Shown piece by piece: positions 44,190 through 55,198 of a DNA stretch of 64,000 nt. This stretch comes from Rhizobiales bacterium Ga0077524 (GTDB lineage: Bacteria > Pseudomonadota > Alphaproteobacteria > Rhizobiales > Hyphomicrobiaceae), in assembly GCA_001464755.1 (NCBI GenBank), contig LNDR01000414.1:1848-65847 (forward strand). Reading direction: 5' to 3'. How positions within the stretch are numbered: position 1 is the first letter of the stretch; every line of letters begins with the position of its first letter. Below the pieces are notes generated by a model. That model was not told the DNA's origin. It saw only the letters and a program-made list of their open reading frames with translations, and did no database searches. Made by a program: the position numbers and the translations under genes.

Positions 44190-45710
44190 CTACTCGTAGT
44201 GAGCCGCTACCATCTCATCGAGCAGCCGTACGCCCCAACCGGATGCCCAACTCTGGTTGACCTCGTCCCTGTTCGAATCCATCGCAGTGCCCGCGACGTC
44301 GAGATGTGCCCAGGGCGTCGTGCTGTCGCGCACGAATCGTTGCAGGAACTGCGCCGCCGTGATCGCGCCGCCGAACCGACCACCGATGTTCTTCATGTCG
44401 GCGTTCTTGCTGTCGATCAGCTTGTCATAGGCTGGCAGCAGCGGCATGCGCCAGACGCGCTCGCCCGTGGCGATGCCGGCCTCCTCCAGTTCCCGTGCCA
44501 GCTTGTCGTTGTTCGCGAAGAGACCAGCGTGCTCTTTGCCGAGCGCGACCATGATGGCGCCCGTCAGCGTCGCGAGGTCGACCATCAGCCGTGGCTTGAA
44601 CCGCTCCTGCGCATACCAGAGCACGTCGGCAAGGACGAGGCGCCCTTCCGCATCGGTGTTCAGGATCTCGATCGTCTGGCCCGACATCGACGTCACGATG
44701 TCACCCGGTCGTGTCGCGGTGCCAGACGGCATGTTCTCGACAAGTCCGACCAACCCGATCGCGTTGACGTTGGCCTTGCGCCGCGCCAGCCCCAGCATCA
44801 GGCCCGACACGCATGCCGCGCCACCCATGTCGCCCTTCATGTCTTCCATGCCAGCGGCAGGCTTCATTGAGATGCCGCCCGTATCGAAGACGACGCCCTT
44901 GCCGATGAAACATAACGGTGCCTTGGCCTTGGACCGGCCCTTGGCGCCGTTCCATTGCATCACCACGACCCGGCCCTCTCGCGCACTTCCTTGGCCAACG
45001 GCGAGCAATGCTCCCATCTTCAAGGCGCTCAACTGCTCGAGGTCGAGCACCTCCACGTCGAGGCCCTGCACACCCAGCCCCGCCAGTCTCTCTGCAAATT
45101 CGACCGGCCCAAGCGCATTCGCCGGCTCGTTGACGAGATCGCGCGCCAGATAGACCCCCTCGGCGACAGCGCTCCTCTGGGCGAAGGCCGCCTCGGCGGC
45201 CGTCGGATCCGGGCAGTGCACCACCAGCGCCGACGGCGGCTTCGACTGCCCGTTGTCGCCGTTCTCCTCAGTCGCCTTGCGCGACTTGTATTTACGGAAG
45301 TTGTAGGCGCGCAGCACGGCGCCCTCTGCCATGCGCGCCACCGCAGCCGGTGTAATGGCCTCGTCATCGGCGACGAGGCTTACGGTATCCGATGCGCGCT
45401 GCAGGGCCTGCGCCCACGCGGCGCCGCCGATCCGCATCCAGTCGAGCGGCTCGTTTTGAGCTGCCCGTCCGCAACCGACGAGCACGACACGCTTCACCTC
45501 GAGCCCAGCGGGCGCCAGGATCTCGACCGTCGATCGCGCCTTGCCGTTGAAGTTAGCCGCTCCGGCCGGTCGCTTGAGACTGCCGGTCGACTGCTTGTCC
45601 AGCCGCGTGCCGATTTCGCCGAGTGCCAGTTCGTGGCCGACGAGGAGCATCACGCTGGGGCTCAAAGGTGCAGACAACGGCACGAAACGGACATCAGGGC
45701 GATGGGTCAT
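44190..45710 (-). CDS. pepA: leucyl aminopeptidase (M17)
   Basis: M17 signature NTDAEGRLVLAD, plus VGKGVVFDTGGISMKP. 506 aa. Confidence 0.92.
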   Translation of the reverse strand: MTHRPDVRFVPLSAPLSPSVMLLVGHELALGEIGTRLDKQSTGSLKRPAGAANFNGKARSTVEILAPAGLEVKRVVLVGCGRAAQNEPLDWMRIGGAAWAQALQRASDTVSLVADDEAITPAAVARMAEGAVLRAYNFRKYKSRKATEENGDNGQSKPPSALVVHCPDPTAAEAAFAQRSAVAEGVYLARDLVNEPANALGPVEFAERLAGLGVQGLDVEVLDLEQLSALKMGALLAVGQGSAREGRVVVMQWNGAKGRSKAKAPLCFIGKGVVFDTGGISMKPAAGMEDMKGDMGGAACVSGLMLGLARRKANVNAIGLVGLVENMPSGTATRPGDIVTSMSGQTIEILNTDAEGRLVLADVLWYAQERFKPRLMVDLATLTGAIMVALGKEHAGLFANNDKLARELEEAGIATGERVWRMPLLPAYDKLIDSKNADMKNIGGRFGGAITAAQFLQRFVRDSTTPWAHLDVAGTAMDSNRDEVNQSWASGWGVRLLDEMVAAHYE

Positions 45711-46135
45711 TTGGGGCTCGGACAGGGACGGCAGGACGTGCGGCCCGCGCCACTGCGATGACCGCGGATGGGACGAGCGCGCGAGGAGCGAGATCGATGT
45801 GCCCAGAACCTTAGTGGCTTGCAGGGGAATCGCAAGCGTGGCACTCGCTAGACTGGGGATGGCGGTGAGCCGCGAGCACGCTGCGCGCGTTGCTCATCGG
45901 TACCCCGCGCTCGTCCTCCACGGTCGGGGTCGCAGTTTGGCCACCGTGACATGCGACCCGGGCAAAGGGACGACGCCCGTCACCGGGACACGAGGGGAAA
46001 TCGTTTGCCGGCAAGCAGATGCTCAGCACCGACAAGTCTCGCACTTCGAGCCGGTGCATGCGCTGTGCTCGGGATAGCGGTGCCGCATGGCGTTGCTCTT
46101 GATGTCCAGGCACCCGTTGCGGGGAGGGACCCGCG

Positions 46136-47335
46136 ATGAGGCTGCTACCCGGCATCCTGTTTCGCTACATCTTCCGCCAGGCGGCCGGGGCCATGGCCAT
46201 GATCATGATGTCGCTGACCGGCGTCGTCTGGATCGCGCTGGCCCTGAAGCAGCTCAACCTCGTCACCTCGCAAGGCCAGGATACCTGGCTGCTGATCAAG
46301 ATGACGCTGTTGGCGCTGCCCAACCTGATGGCGCTGATTGCGCCGATCGCCCTGCTGGTTTCGACAATTCATGTGCTCAATCGCCTCAACGGCGACAGCG
46401 AACTGATCGTGACCACGGCTGGAGGTGGCACGATCTGGACCATCGCCAAGCCGCTGCTGGCACTGGCGCTGTTGGTCTCGCTCGCCGTCAGCATGGTCAA
46501 TCACTTCGCCATGCCTTGGAGCCTCAAGTTGCTCCGCACTTATATCGTGCAGGTGCGCACGGATCTGATCTCACAGGTCATTCAACCCGGCCGCTTTTCG
46601 AATCCCGAAACCAACCTCACCTTCCATATCCGCGACCGTGACCTCGCCGGCACGCTCCTCGGCCTCGTGATGCACGATGCGCGCGACGAGAAGCTGACCT
46701 CCACCTACCTCGCCGAGCGCGGTCATATCGTGAAGCAGGATGGAGCCGGCTACCTATTGATGGAGAAGGGTCACATCCTGCGGCGCCCCCGCAATGGCGA
46801 GCCGGTGCAGACCATCGTCTTCGAGAGCTACGCGGTCGACCTCGACCGCTTCGAGGCGAAGGAGCAGACCAATGAGGCCAAGCCCCGCGAGCGCTACTAT
46901 CAAGAGCTGGTCTCACCGGCTCCGGACGATGTCATCGCGCTGCGCCAACCCGGTTTGCTTCGCGCCGAGTTGCATGAGCGCTTTTCGAGCCCGTTCTACC
47001 CCTTCGCGTTCGTCCTGATCGCGGTTGCCTTCATCGGTCATGCCCGCACCACGCGACAGAATCGCGTTCAAGCCATTCTCATCGCGTTCGTGATCGCGAC
47101 AGGCGCAAGGCTGGCTGGGCTCGCCGGCACGAATGTCGTAGCCCTCAAGGAGTCGGCGGTCTGGATTGTTTATGCCATCCCGATCGGCGCGGCGGGGCTC
47201 GCGGTCGGCTTGATGCTGATGCGCTCGCGTCTGCGCCCGACCTCGCAGCTGTCCATCCGAATAGCCGATCTCGGCGCGACAGTCCTCCAGGCCGCTGCAA
47301 GGCGTCTACCAGCCCGTCTCCATGGCACCGGCTGA
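46136..47335 (+). CDS. lptF: LPS export ABC transporter permease LptF
   Basis: YjgP/YjgQ-family N terminus (MRLLPGILFRYIFRQ), 6 TM segments with a large periplasmic loop. GGAGGG RBS. Divergent from pepA. Confidence 0.9.
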   Translation: MRLLPGILFRYIFRQAAGAMAMIMMSLTGVVWIALALKQLNLVTSQGQDTWLLIKMTLLALPNLMALIAPIALLVSTIHVLNRLNGDSELIVTTAGGGTIWTIAKPLLALALLVSLAVSMVNHFAMPWSLKLLRTYIVQVRTDLISQVIQPGRFSNPETNLTFHIRDRDLAGTLLGLVMHDARDEKLTSTYLAERGHIVKQDGAGYLLMEKGHILRRPRNGEPVQTIVFESYAVDLDRFEAKEQTNEAKPRERYYQELVSPAPDDVIALRQPGLLRAELHERFSSPFYPFAFVLIAVAFIGHARTTRQNRVQAILIAFVIATGARLAGLAGTNVVALKESAVWIVYAIPIGAAGLAVGLMLMRSRLRPTSQLSIRIADLGATVLQAAARRLPARLHGTG

Positions 47336-47344
47336 GGAGCGCCA

Positions 47345-48439
47345 ATGATCCGACCGCGCATTCTCCGCCGCTATCTCGCTATCCGGTTCACGATTGCCGT
47401 GCTTGGAATGTTCCTGCTGTGTTCGCTGCTGATCTTCATGATCGACATCGTTGAGCTTCTTCGCCAAGCAGGCAAGTTCGGTCGCGTCCCCACCAGCCAA
47501 ATCGCATGGATGGCCATCCTGCGCTTGCCGTCCTTCACCGAGTTGCTGCTCCCATTCTGCGTGCTCGGCGGCTCGATCGGCACGCTTTTGATGTTCAACC
47601 GCAAGTCGGAACTCACCATCATGCGCGCGGCGGGCATGTCCGCGATGCAGTTCATTCGCCCCGGCTTGATCGTTGCCTTCGTCTTCGGCGTGTTCTCGGT
47701 AGCGGTGTACAACCCGCTGGCAGCATGGGCGCGCGGCGAGTCCGAACGCCTCTTCGCGGAAGCCTTTGGCCGGGATACCGCTGTGTTGCGCAGCGATGGG
47801 AATGGGGCTTGGTTGCGCCAGGAGGGCGCTGACGGCGCCTCCGTGTTGCACGCAGCCGTCGCCCATCGCAGCGGGCTTCAACTTCAAGAGGTGATGTTCC
47901 TTCAGTTCGACTCCGATGGCCGCTTCACGGAACGCGTTGATGGCAAGCGAGCCGACCTCAAGGACGGCTATTGGGAGATCGCTGCGGCGACCGTCGTTCG
48001 CAACGGCCAGAAGCCCGAAGCCTACGACGTCTACACGGTGTCGACCGCGCTCTCTCCGGAACGCGTCGCAGACGCTCTCGGAAGTGCCCTCACCGTCTCT
48101 GTCTGGGAGCTTCCAGGCCTCATCGAAGTCACGGAAAAAGCCGGCTTATCGGCCCACCGCTTCCGCATCCAGTATGCCCAGCTGCTGAGCCGGCCGGTGC
48201 TCCTTTTGGTCATGGTCCTTTTGGCCGCGACTGTGTCTTTGCGGTCATTCCGCTCGGGCGGGATCCAGACTATGGTTGCGACGGGGTTAATTGGGGGGTT
48301 CGCTTTCTTTCTCTTCTCGGAACTCTCCCGTCAGGTGGGAATAGCAGGCCTCGCGCCACCGCTGCTGGCGGTCGGTGCGCCTGTGGTGTTGGGACTGTGC
48401 GGAGCACTGCTCGTGCTGCTGCACTTGGAGGATGGCTGA
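47345..48439 (+). CDS. lptG: LPS export ABC transporter permease LptG
   Basis: YjgP/YjgQ family (ILRRYLAIRF). GAGGAG RBS. Starts 9 nt after lptF. Confidence 0.9.
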   Translation: MIRPRILRRYLAIRFTIAVLGMFLLCSLLIFMIDIVELLRQAGKFGRVPTSQIAWMAILRLPSFTELLLPFCVLGGSIGTLLMFNRKSELTIMRAAGMSAMQFIRPGLIVAFVFGVFSVAVYNPLAAWARGESERLFAEAFGRDTAVLRSDGNGAWLRQEGADGASVLHAAVAHRSGLQLQEVMFLQFDSDGRFTERVDGKRADLKDGYWEIAAATVVRNGQKPEAYDVYTVSTALSPERVADALGSALTVSVWELPGLIEVTEKAGLSAHRFRIQYAQLLSRPVLLLVMVLLAATVSLRSFRSGGIQTMVATGLIGGFAFFLFSELSRQVGIAGLAPPLLAVGAPVVLGLCGALLVLLHLEDG

Positions 48440-50935
48440 GTGGCGCGTAGGGGGACATTGGCGCTAACTGATGCGGTTCGCGCCCTTGGCGGACCCTCGT
48501 GGCCCGTGCCACTGAGCAATCGATACGGCCTTCGGCGTGCTTGCGGGCTCGCCGCAGCAGCGCTTGCTGTTGCGGTCCTGACGCTGGTCTCACTTCCAGG
48601 ATCCCTGAGCGCTCAAGGCGGCCTCTCGCCCACCCAGCAGCGTGCTCCGTCCAGCTTTCCAGCCCAACCCGGCGGGCCGCTCGGTGGGCCGTTGCAAAAG
48701 ATCGACAAGTCGCAGCCGCTCTACCTGCAAGGCGACGAGATGATCTACGACACGCGCAACAATCGGGTGATCGCCCGTGGCAGCGTGGAGATCTACTTCA
48801 ACAACTACATACTGACCGCCGACGAGGTCATCTACGATCAGGGTGCCAACACGCTGACCGCGCGCGGGAACGCGCAGCTCAAGGAGCCAAACGGCAACAT
48901 CGTTCGCGGCGACAGCATCGACACGACCGCCGACTTCCGCGACGCCTTCATCCAGAGCCTCAGCCTCATCGGCAAGGACGATACCCGCATCGCAGCCCGG
49001 CGTGCTGTTCGCAAAGATGGCAACGTGTCCGAGTTCGAGCAGGGCAAGTTCACCCCCTGCAAGAGCGATCCCGGCAAGCCGCCGCTCTGGTGCATCAGTG
49101 CCCAGCGCATCGTGCACGATCAGCAGGCCGCGACTATCACATACCAGGACGCCCAGTTCGAGTTGTTCGGCGTGCCGATCGCCTATCTGCCTTATTTCCA
49201 GCATGCCGATCCGAGCGTGAAACGGCGCTCGGGTTTCCTGCTTCCTGACTACAGCTCATCGACGCAACTCGGCTTTGGCGCGACACTTCCCTATTATTTC
49301 GCGCTATCGCCGAGCTACGACTTCACGTTCGCACCGCAGTATCTGTCCAAGCAGGGCGTGCTGTATCAGGGCGAATGGCGCCAGCGGATCGCCATGGGCG
49401 CTGTTACCGGCACCTATAACGTCAAGCTGGCGGGCATCGATCAAGTTGGCAGCAACCTGCCCGACGACATCGCACAAGATAAGCGTGATCGCCTCGACGG
49501 ATGGCGCGGCAGCGTTCAGACCAAGGGCATCTTCTCGCTCGCCTCCTGGTGGAAGTTCGGCTGGGACGTCACACTCGAATCCGACGACACTTTCCGTCGC
49601 TTCTACAAGCTCGACAGCATCCTGCAGACCGACCGCATCAACACGACTTGGCTGCAAGGCCTGAGCGGGCGCAATCACTTCGCCATGCAGTTCTACCAGT
49701 TCGGCGGTTTGCTGATCGAGGATTCGGCCGCTTCTGAGTCGCGCGTTCATCCCGTCATCGATTGGAACTACATCTACGGGCAGCCTGTCCTCGGTGGCGA
49801 GTTGAGCTTCAATGCCAACGCGCAGAGCATCTCTCGCAGCGACGGCACGGACTCGAATCGCATCGCCTTAGACATGCACTGGCGTCGGAAGCTGATCGAC
49901 GGACTGGGCCAGGTGTGGACCCCGTTTGCCTACGCGCGCGCCGATGTCACCCAATTCACGAACGGCTACGATCCGGACACCTCGCAGCCGGTCGGCGAGG
50001 ATACGATCACCCGCGCCATCGGTGCCGCTGGCGTCACCTACGCCTATCCGTTCGTCGCGCACGGCCCCTCCGGCTCTCATATCGTCGAACCGACCGGCCA
50101 GATCATCGCCCGTCCGGGCCATGTGTCGCAGCGGCGACTGCCCGACGAGGACGCCAAGAGCCTCGTCTGGGACGACACGCTCCTGTTCGACGTCGATAAA
50201 TTCTCCGGCTGGGATAGGGTCGAGACCGGTACCCGCGCCAATATCGGCCTGCAGTACACCTATCAAGCTTCCAACGGCGGCTATGCGCGCATCGTTGCGG
50301 GCCAGAGTTTCCACCTCGCCGGAACAAATCCCTACACCGACCCCGGCAAGTCGCCTTACGAGACGGTCGACGCCTATGGCAATCGCTTCTTCTTTCCCGA
50401 TGCCACCTACTTCTCGCCGAGCAGTGGTCTCGATACGGATCGCTCGGATTATGTGCTCGGGGCCTATCTCGCGCCGATCCAGAACTTCCGCCTCGTGGCA
50501 CAAGGCCGGTTCGACGAGGAGGATCTGGCTCTGAAGCGCCAGAGCCTCTATTCGCACGCGACGCTCGGGCCGTTGTCACTGCAGGCTCAATACAATTACG
50601 TCCGCGACGAGCCGGCGATCGGCAACTTCAAATCCGAACAGGAAGTGCTTGGCGGCGTCGGTCTGAAATTGACCGACCGCTGGTCGGTACATGCCCTGGC
50701 CCGCTTCGATATCGACGACAATGCCTGGCTACAGGAGCAGTTGCAGGTCAAATATTCGGACGAGTGCTTCGTCCTGACCGCCTCCTACATCGAGACGCAT
50801 ATCGACAATCCGACCCTCGACATACGGCCCGATCGGACCATCATGTTGCGCTTCGAGTTGAAGCATCTCGGCCAGTTCAGTTACAAGACGGATGCCGTAG
50901 ATCACGTGTTCTCCGAGAACCAGCCGGCCAAGTAG
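48440..50935 (+). CDS. lptD: LPS-assembly outer-membrane protein LptD
   Basis: OstA-like N-terminal domain (LYLQGDEMIYD...VEIYFNNYILTADEVIYDQ) and a large C-terminal beta-barrel rich in aromatic-x-aromatic strands. Start uncertain: GTG at 48440 abuts the lptG stop, and GTG at 48506 gives a cleaner signal peptide. Confidence 0.88.
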   Translation: MARRGTLALTDAVRALGGPSWPVPLSNRYGLRRACGLAAAALAVAVLTLVSLPGSLSAQGGLSPTQQRAPSSFPAQPGGPLGGPLQKIDKSQPLYLQGDEMIYDTRNNRVIARGSVEIYFNNYILTADEVIYDQGANTLTARGNAQLKEPNGNIVRGDSIDTTADFRDAFIQSLSLIGKDDTRIAARRAVRKDGNVSEFEQGKFTPCKSDPGKPPLWCISAQRIVHDQQAATITYQDAQFELFGVPIAYLPYFQHADPSVKRRSGFLLPDYSSSTQLGFGATLPYYFALSPSYDFTFAPQYLSKQGVLYQGEWRQRIAMGAVTGTYNVKLAGIDQVGSNLPDDIAQDKRDRLDGWRGSVQTKGIFSLASWWKFGWDVTLESDDTFRRFYKLDSILQTDRINTTWLQGLSGRNHFAMQFYQFGGLLIEDSAASESRVHPVIDWNYIYGQPVLGGELSFNANAQSISRSDGTDSNRIALDMHWRRKLIDGLGQVWTPFAYARADVTQFTNGYDPDTSQPVGEDTITRAIGAAGVTYAYPFVAHGPSGSHIVEPTGQIIARPGHVSQRRLPDEDAKSLVWDDTLLFDVDKFSGWDRVETGTRANIGLQYTYQASNGGYARIVAGQSFHLAGTNPYTDPGKSPYETVDAYGNRFFFPDATYFSPSSGLDTDRSDYVLGAYLAPIQNFRLVAQGRFDEEDLALKRQSLYSHATLGPLSLQAQYNYVRDEPAIGNFKSEQEVLGGVGLKLTDRWSVHALARFDIDDNAWLQEQLQVKYSDECFVLTASYIETHIDNPTLDIRPDRTIMLRFELKHLGQFSYKTDAVDHVFSENQPAK

Positions 50936-51123
50936 ACGCCTGGGGCCGGCCAATACGGGAGGGCCCCGCGACCCGAAATCGAGCAACATTGCGCGAACAG
51001 CACGTGTTGCCGCTTCAGCGCCATCGTTGATGTGGATAATGTCGGCGCCAACACGAGTTAAGCGGCTAGGATCGGATCGCGATTCGGCGCCGCGCGACCG
51101 GCGGCGATGCTCCCTCTGATGCG

Positions 51124-52527
51124 ATGGCCCGAGACATGCCAGCGATGCTCAACACGCTTTTCACGCACCGCCTCGCCGCGATCGGCAAGGGGACCGCGAA
51201 GCTACTCACGGTTCTCTGCTGCGGGGCTCTGGCTCTTCCGGCCATGATCGAGCCGTCGTACGGACAGAGCACCGGCACTGTCGCCCCGAGCATTCCCGGT
51301 CTTGTGGTGGCCCCCCCGTCGGGACCCGCACCCGGGCCCGTCAGCGCCCCGCCTGGTCTGTTCGTTACGCCCCCGTCCGGACCCGCCGCCAACGCGGAGC
51401 CCTCGAAGGCACCGCCGAAAAGGGCGGTCGCCCCGAGTCGTCAACCGAAGCCCGCGCAATCAGCCGATGCCACTCCGGTCCAGCGCGGCAGCACCAGCAT
51501 TGTCGCCCTGGTCAACGACGAGCCGATCACCGGTTTCGCCGTAGAACAGCGCGCCCGCTTCCTGGCCCTCTCGAGCAACATCTCCGATCGAGCGCGCGAG
51601 CGGATGAAGGCTTTCGCGCAGGACCCGAAGACCAACGAGCGTTTGAAAGCCATCCTGCAAGAGACGATCGCCGCCAACAAAGGCAAAACGCGCGAGCAGA
51701 TCATTGCCGCATTCGAGGTGCGCAAGAAGGCGTTCGTCACAGGGCTCCAGCAGCAGGCCGTCGAATCGGCGCGCGCTGGCATCATTCCCACTATGCGCAA
51801 GAAGGCCCTCGACGAGCTTGTCGAGGAGCGCCTCAAGCTGCAGGAAGCCAAGAAGCTGACGATCACTATTGCCGACGCCGATGTCGAAAAGCTCTTCAAG
51901 GACATGGCTCAGCGCAACAAGATGACGCCGGAGCAATTCGCGGAGCACGTGTCTCGTCAAGGCGCGGATGCGTCCGTCATCAAGACCCGCGTGAAGGCGT
52001 CCCTTGCTTGGCGGGAGGTCGTGCGCAAACGCTACGGGCATCAGATCAGCGTCAGCCAGCGCGATATTGAGAGCCTGGCGATGCAGGCAGGCGGCGAGGA
52101 ATCGCAAGACCTCAAGCTGGCGCTGATCACGATCGCCACACCGGGCACGGTCGATCAGCGCGCCATGGCGGCTCGCCTGTCTGAGGCCAACGCGCTGCGA
52201 GGGAGTTTCCGTGGTTGCGCGTCGATGCCGACGCTCGCCAAGGATCGCGCCAATGCCCGTTATCAGGACCTGGGGTTCAAGAAGGCATCGACCATCGCCG
52301 AGCCGACACGCAGCCTCCTGCTCAGCGCCAAGGACAACGAGATGCTGCCCCCGAACCTCTCCGCCGGTGCAGTCGAGTTGTATGCCGTCTGTGGCCGGCG
52401 TAGTGTGAAGCTGGACGAGGAAAAAAGGCAAGCCGCCGAGAGCCAACTCACCATGCAGGAGTTCGAGAAGTTGGCGCAGCGCTACCTTCACGATCTGCGC
52501 AAGGATGCCCTGATCGAGATGCGATGA
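51124..52527 (+). CDS. surA: SurA-like periplasmic chaperone (SurA N-terminal domain; degenerate PPIase region)
   Basis: Signal peptide, SurA N-domain-like segment (IVALVNDEPITGFAVEQRARF), position between lptD and pdxA, and a Pro-rich insertion at about aa 55-125. I see no clear parvulin active-site motif. Confidence 0.8.
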   Translation: MARDMPAMLNTLFTHRLAAIGKGTAKLLTVLCCGALALPAMIEPSYGQSTGTVAPSIPGLVVAPPSGPAPGPVSAPPGLFVTPPSGPAANAEPSKAPPKRAVAPSRQPKPAQSADATPVQRGSTSIVALVNDEPITGFAVEQRARFLALSSNISDRARERMKAFAQDPKTNERLKAILQETIAANKGKTREQIIAAFEVRKKAFVTGLQQQAVESARAGIIPTMRKKALDELVEERLKLQEAKKLTITIADADVEKLFKDMAQRNKMTPEQFAEHVSRQGADASVIKTRVKASLAWREVVRKRYGHQISVSQRDIESLAMQAGGEESQDLKLALITIATPGTVDQRAMAARLSEANALRGSFRGCASMPTLAKDRANARYQDLGFKKASTIAEPTRSLLLSAKDNEMLPPNLSAGAVELYAVCGRRSVKLDEEKRQAAESQLTMQEFEKLAQRYLHDLRKDALIEMR

Positions 52528-53600
52528 TGCGAACGCGACCATCTGCGGGCGGGGTGCAGCGAGCCACGGCCGGCCCGTCGACACCCTTGGCTCTCACGAT
52601 GGGCGATCCGGCTGGTATTGGCCTCGACATCACGCTGGCGGCTTGGGCCGCGCGCCAACGCCAGCGCCTACCTTCGTTCGTCCTGTATGCCGACCCGGAA
52701 GCCGTCCTCGCGCGCTCCCGCCAACTCGGGCTTACGATCGAGCTGTTGGTACTGAATGGCAACGAGGACTGGAGCGGGCGAGTGGTCGATGCGCGGCTCC
52801 CCGTATTTCCAGTTTCCCTTGCCGCACCTGTTAAACCAGGCCGCGCCGACCCGGCCAACGCCGCCGCAGTCATCGCCGCAATCGAGCAGGCTGTCACCGC
52901 GACGGTGGCCGGGCGCGCGGCGGCCGTCGTCACGAACCCGATCTCGAAGGCCACACTCTATGCGTCCGGGTTCCCCCATCCGGGTCACACCGAGTTTCTC
53001 GGAGAGCTTGCCGCGCAGCATTTCCCCGGCGACCGTTGGACGCCCGTCATGATGCTCGCCTCAGAAGAGCTGCGCGTGGTGCCGCTCACGGTTCACATTC
53101 CGCTGGCACGCGTTCCTTCGCAGATCACAAGCGAGCGCATCCTCGATGTCTGCCGCGTCACCGCGCGGGATCTGGCGCAGCGGTTCGCACTGCCACGCGC
53201 GCGGATTGCCGTGGCCGGCCTCAATCCGCACGCTGGCGAAGGCGGTAGTCTAGGCCGGGAGGAACTCGACATCATCGCTCCGGCCATCGCTAGACTGCGC
53301 GATGAGGGCCTCGATGTCAGCGGCCCCCACTCAGCCGATACGCTCTTTCATGCCGCCGCTCGGCAGCGCTACGACGTCGCCGTGTGCATGTATCACGATC
53401 AGGCCCTGATCCCGATCAAGACCCTTGCCTTTGACACTGGCGTCAACGTGACGCTCGGGCTGCCCTTCGTGCGCACCTCCCCTGATCACGGCACCGCCTT
53501 CGATATCGCAGGTACGGGACGCGCCTCTCCGACCAGTCTGGTCGCGGCTCTTCGGTTCGCCGCTCGGATGGCCTCGGTCCCGAGCGCTAGCCCAGCATGA
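52524..53600 (+). CDS. pdxA: 4-hydroxythreonine-4-phosphate dehydrogenase
   Basis: Motifs [18 protein letters not shown] and [12 protein letters not shown] overlap with surA. Confidence 0.9.
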   Translation: MMRTRPSAGGVQRATAGPSTPLALTMGDPAGIGLDITLAAWAARQRQRLPSFVLYADPEAVLARSRQLGLTIELLVLNGNEDWSGRVVDARLPVFPVSLAAPVKPGRADPANAAAVIAAIEQAVTATVAGRAAAVVTNPISKATLYASGFPHPGHTEFLGELAAQHFPGDRWTPVMMLASEELRVVPLTVHIPLARVPSQITSERILDVCRVTARDLAQRFALPRARIAVAGLNPHAGEGGSLGREELDIIAPAIARLRDEGLDVSGPHSADTLFHAAARQRYDVAVCMYHDQALIPIKTLAFDTGVNVTLGLPFVRTSPDHGTAFDIAGTGRASPTSLVAALRFAARMASVPSASPA

Positions 53601-54493
53601 CGAGATCCGAGCCGCCGGAAGGTCAGCGACCGGGTGCCAGCCCTGACGGGCTTCCCCCACTCCGTGAGGTTATTCAGAGCTTCGATCTTGGCGCCAAGAA
53701 GAGCCTCGGCCAGAACTTCATCCTGGATCTCAACCTGACCCGCCGCATTGCCCGCGCGGCGGGACCGTTAGCTGATTCTCTGGTTGTCGAGGTTGGTCCA
53801 GGTCCGGGAGGACTGACACGCGGCCTGCTCCTGGAGGGCGCCCGGCGCGTCGTCGCCATCGAGGCGGATCGGCGCTGCGAGCCCGCCCTTGCCGCCATCG
53901 CAGAGCATTACCCGGGCCGCCTCCACACTGTGTTTGCCGACGCCCTAGACGTCGACTGGGCTGCAATCACCGGCGCCGACGCGGGCATGGCGGTGATCGC
54001 GGCGAACCTCCCCTATTACGTCGCGACACGCCTGCTCGTTACTTGGCTCGAGACCGAGCCGTGGCCTCCCTGGTGGTGCCGCATGGCCCTGATGTTTCAA
54101 AAGGAAGTCGCCGAGCGGATCGCTGCGGCTCCAGGCAGCAAGGCCTACGGCCGCCTCGCCGTGATCTCGCAGTGGCGCGCCGAGGTACGCGTGGCGCTCA
54201 CACTCGGCCCGGAGGCCTTCACACCACCGCCGAAAGTTGCATCAGCTGTCGTCGTCTTCGTGCCGCGACCGAACTGCGAGCCGGCCTGCAGCGTATTCAC
54301 TTTGGGGCGCGTTACGGCCGCCGCCTTCGGTCAACGGCGGAAGATGCTGCGCCAGAGCCTGCGTCTCCTGGGGCGCGACCCGGCTGCTCTCCTGGCCGCC
54401 GCCGGAATCGCACCGGAGAAGCGCGCCGAGGAGCTTTGGCCGGCGGATTTCGCACGCATCGCCGCCGCGGTCGATGCGGGGATCGGCAGCTGA
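53597..54493 (+). CDS. rsmA: 16S rRNA (adenine1518-N6/adenine1519-N6)-dimethyltransferase
   Basis: Motifs [22 protein letters not shown] and [11 protein letters not shown] overlap with pdxA. Confidence 0.9.
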   Translation: MTRSEPPEGQRPGASPDGLPPLREVIQSFDLGAKKSLGQNFILDLNLTRRIARAAGPLADSLVVEVGPGPGGLTRGLLLEGARRVVAIEADRRCEPALAAIAEHYPGRLHTVFADALDVDWAAITGADAGMAVIAANLPYYVATRLLVTWLETEPWPPWWCRMALMFQKEVAERIAAAPGSKAYGRLAVISQWRAEVRVALTLGPEAFTPPPKVASAVVVFVPRPNCEPACSVFTLGRVTAAAFGQRRKMLRQSLRLLGRDPAALLAAAGIAPEKRAEELWPADFARIAAAVDAGIGS

Positions 54494-54518
54494 CACAAGC
54501 AGCGAGCCCTACAGTCCA

Positions 54519-55193
54519 TCAGACCCGGCGCCGCGCCGAAAGATCCGCGAGCATCTGTCCAACGTGCCCCGACAGCGCCGGCTGACGCGATCCTCGCAGC
54601 CGCTCCGCCTTCAGAATGGCTGTCAGTTGCGCCAAGCTCTCGTCAACGCGCTCGTTGACGATAATGTAGTCGTACTCCGCCCATCGCTCGATCTCTACGG
54701 CAGCCCCCGCTAGACGCTGCTCGATGACATCGCGGCCGTCCTGTTGGCGCCCTGTCAGGCGCTGCTCGAGTGCTGCAGCCGACGGTGGCAGGATGAACAC
54801 GCGCACCGTATCACGCGGTGCCTTGGCCGCGAGTTGACGTGCCCCCTGCCAGTCGATGTCGAAGAGGACATCGCCGCCGAGCACCAACCGCTCCATCACG
54901 TCGGCCTTTGGCGTGCCATAGAAATTGCCGTGCACCTGCGCCCACTCGAGCAGACCGCCGCTGTCGCGCAAAGCCTCGAATTCTTCCAATGAGCGAAAGT
55001 GATAGTCCTTGCCATCGATCTCGCCGACGCGCGGCGCGCGTGTCGTCACCGACACAGACACGACCAGCTCGACCTCGCGCTTGAGTAACTCGCGTGACAG
55101 CGTCGTCTTGCCCGCCCCAGACGGTGACGAAAGCACAAGCATCAAGCCCCTGCGTGGACTCTTGACTGCCATGTCCGCCTTCTCGCTGGCCAT
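54519..55193 (-). CDS. gmk: guanylate kinase
   Basis: P-loop SSPSGAGKTT and TTRAPRVGEIDGKDYHF. An alternative start at 55172 is possible. Confidence 0.92.
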   Translation of the reverse strand: MASEKADMAVKSPRRGLMLVLSSPSGAGKTTLSRELLKREVELVVSVSVTTRAPRVGEIDGKDYHFRSLEEFEALRDSGGLLEWAQVHGNFYGTPKADVMERLVLGGDVLFDIDWQGARQLAAKAPRDTVRVFILPPSAAALEQRLTGRQQDGRDVIEQRLAGAAVEIERWAEYDYIIVNERVDESLAQLTAILKAERLRGSRQPALSGHVGQMLADLSARRRV

Positions 55194-55198
55194 TGAAG

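Noticed and set aside
44268-44285. A tRNA T-loop-like string, TGTTCGAATCC.
   Set aside because: It lies inside the pepA reading frame, and there are no acceptor, D or anticodon arms around it.
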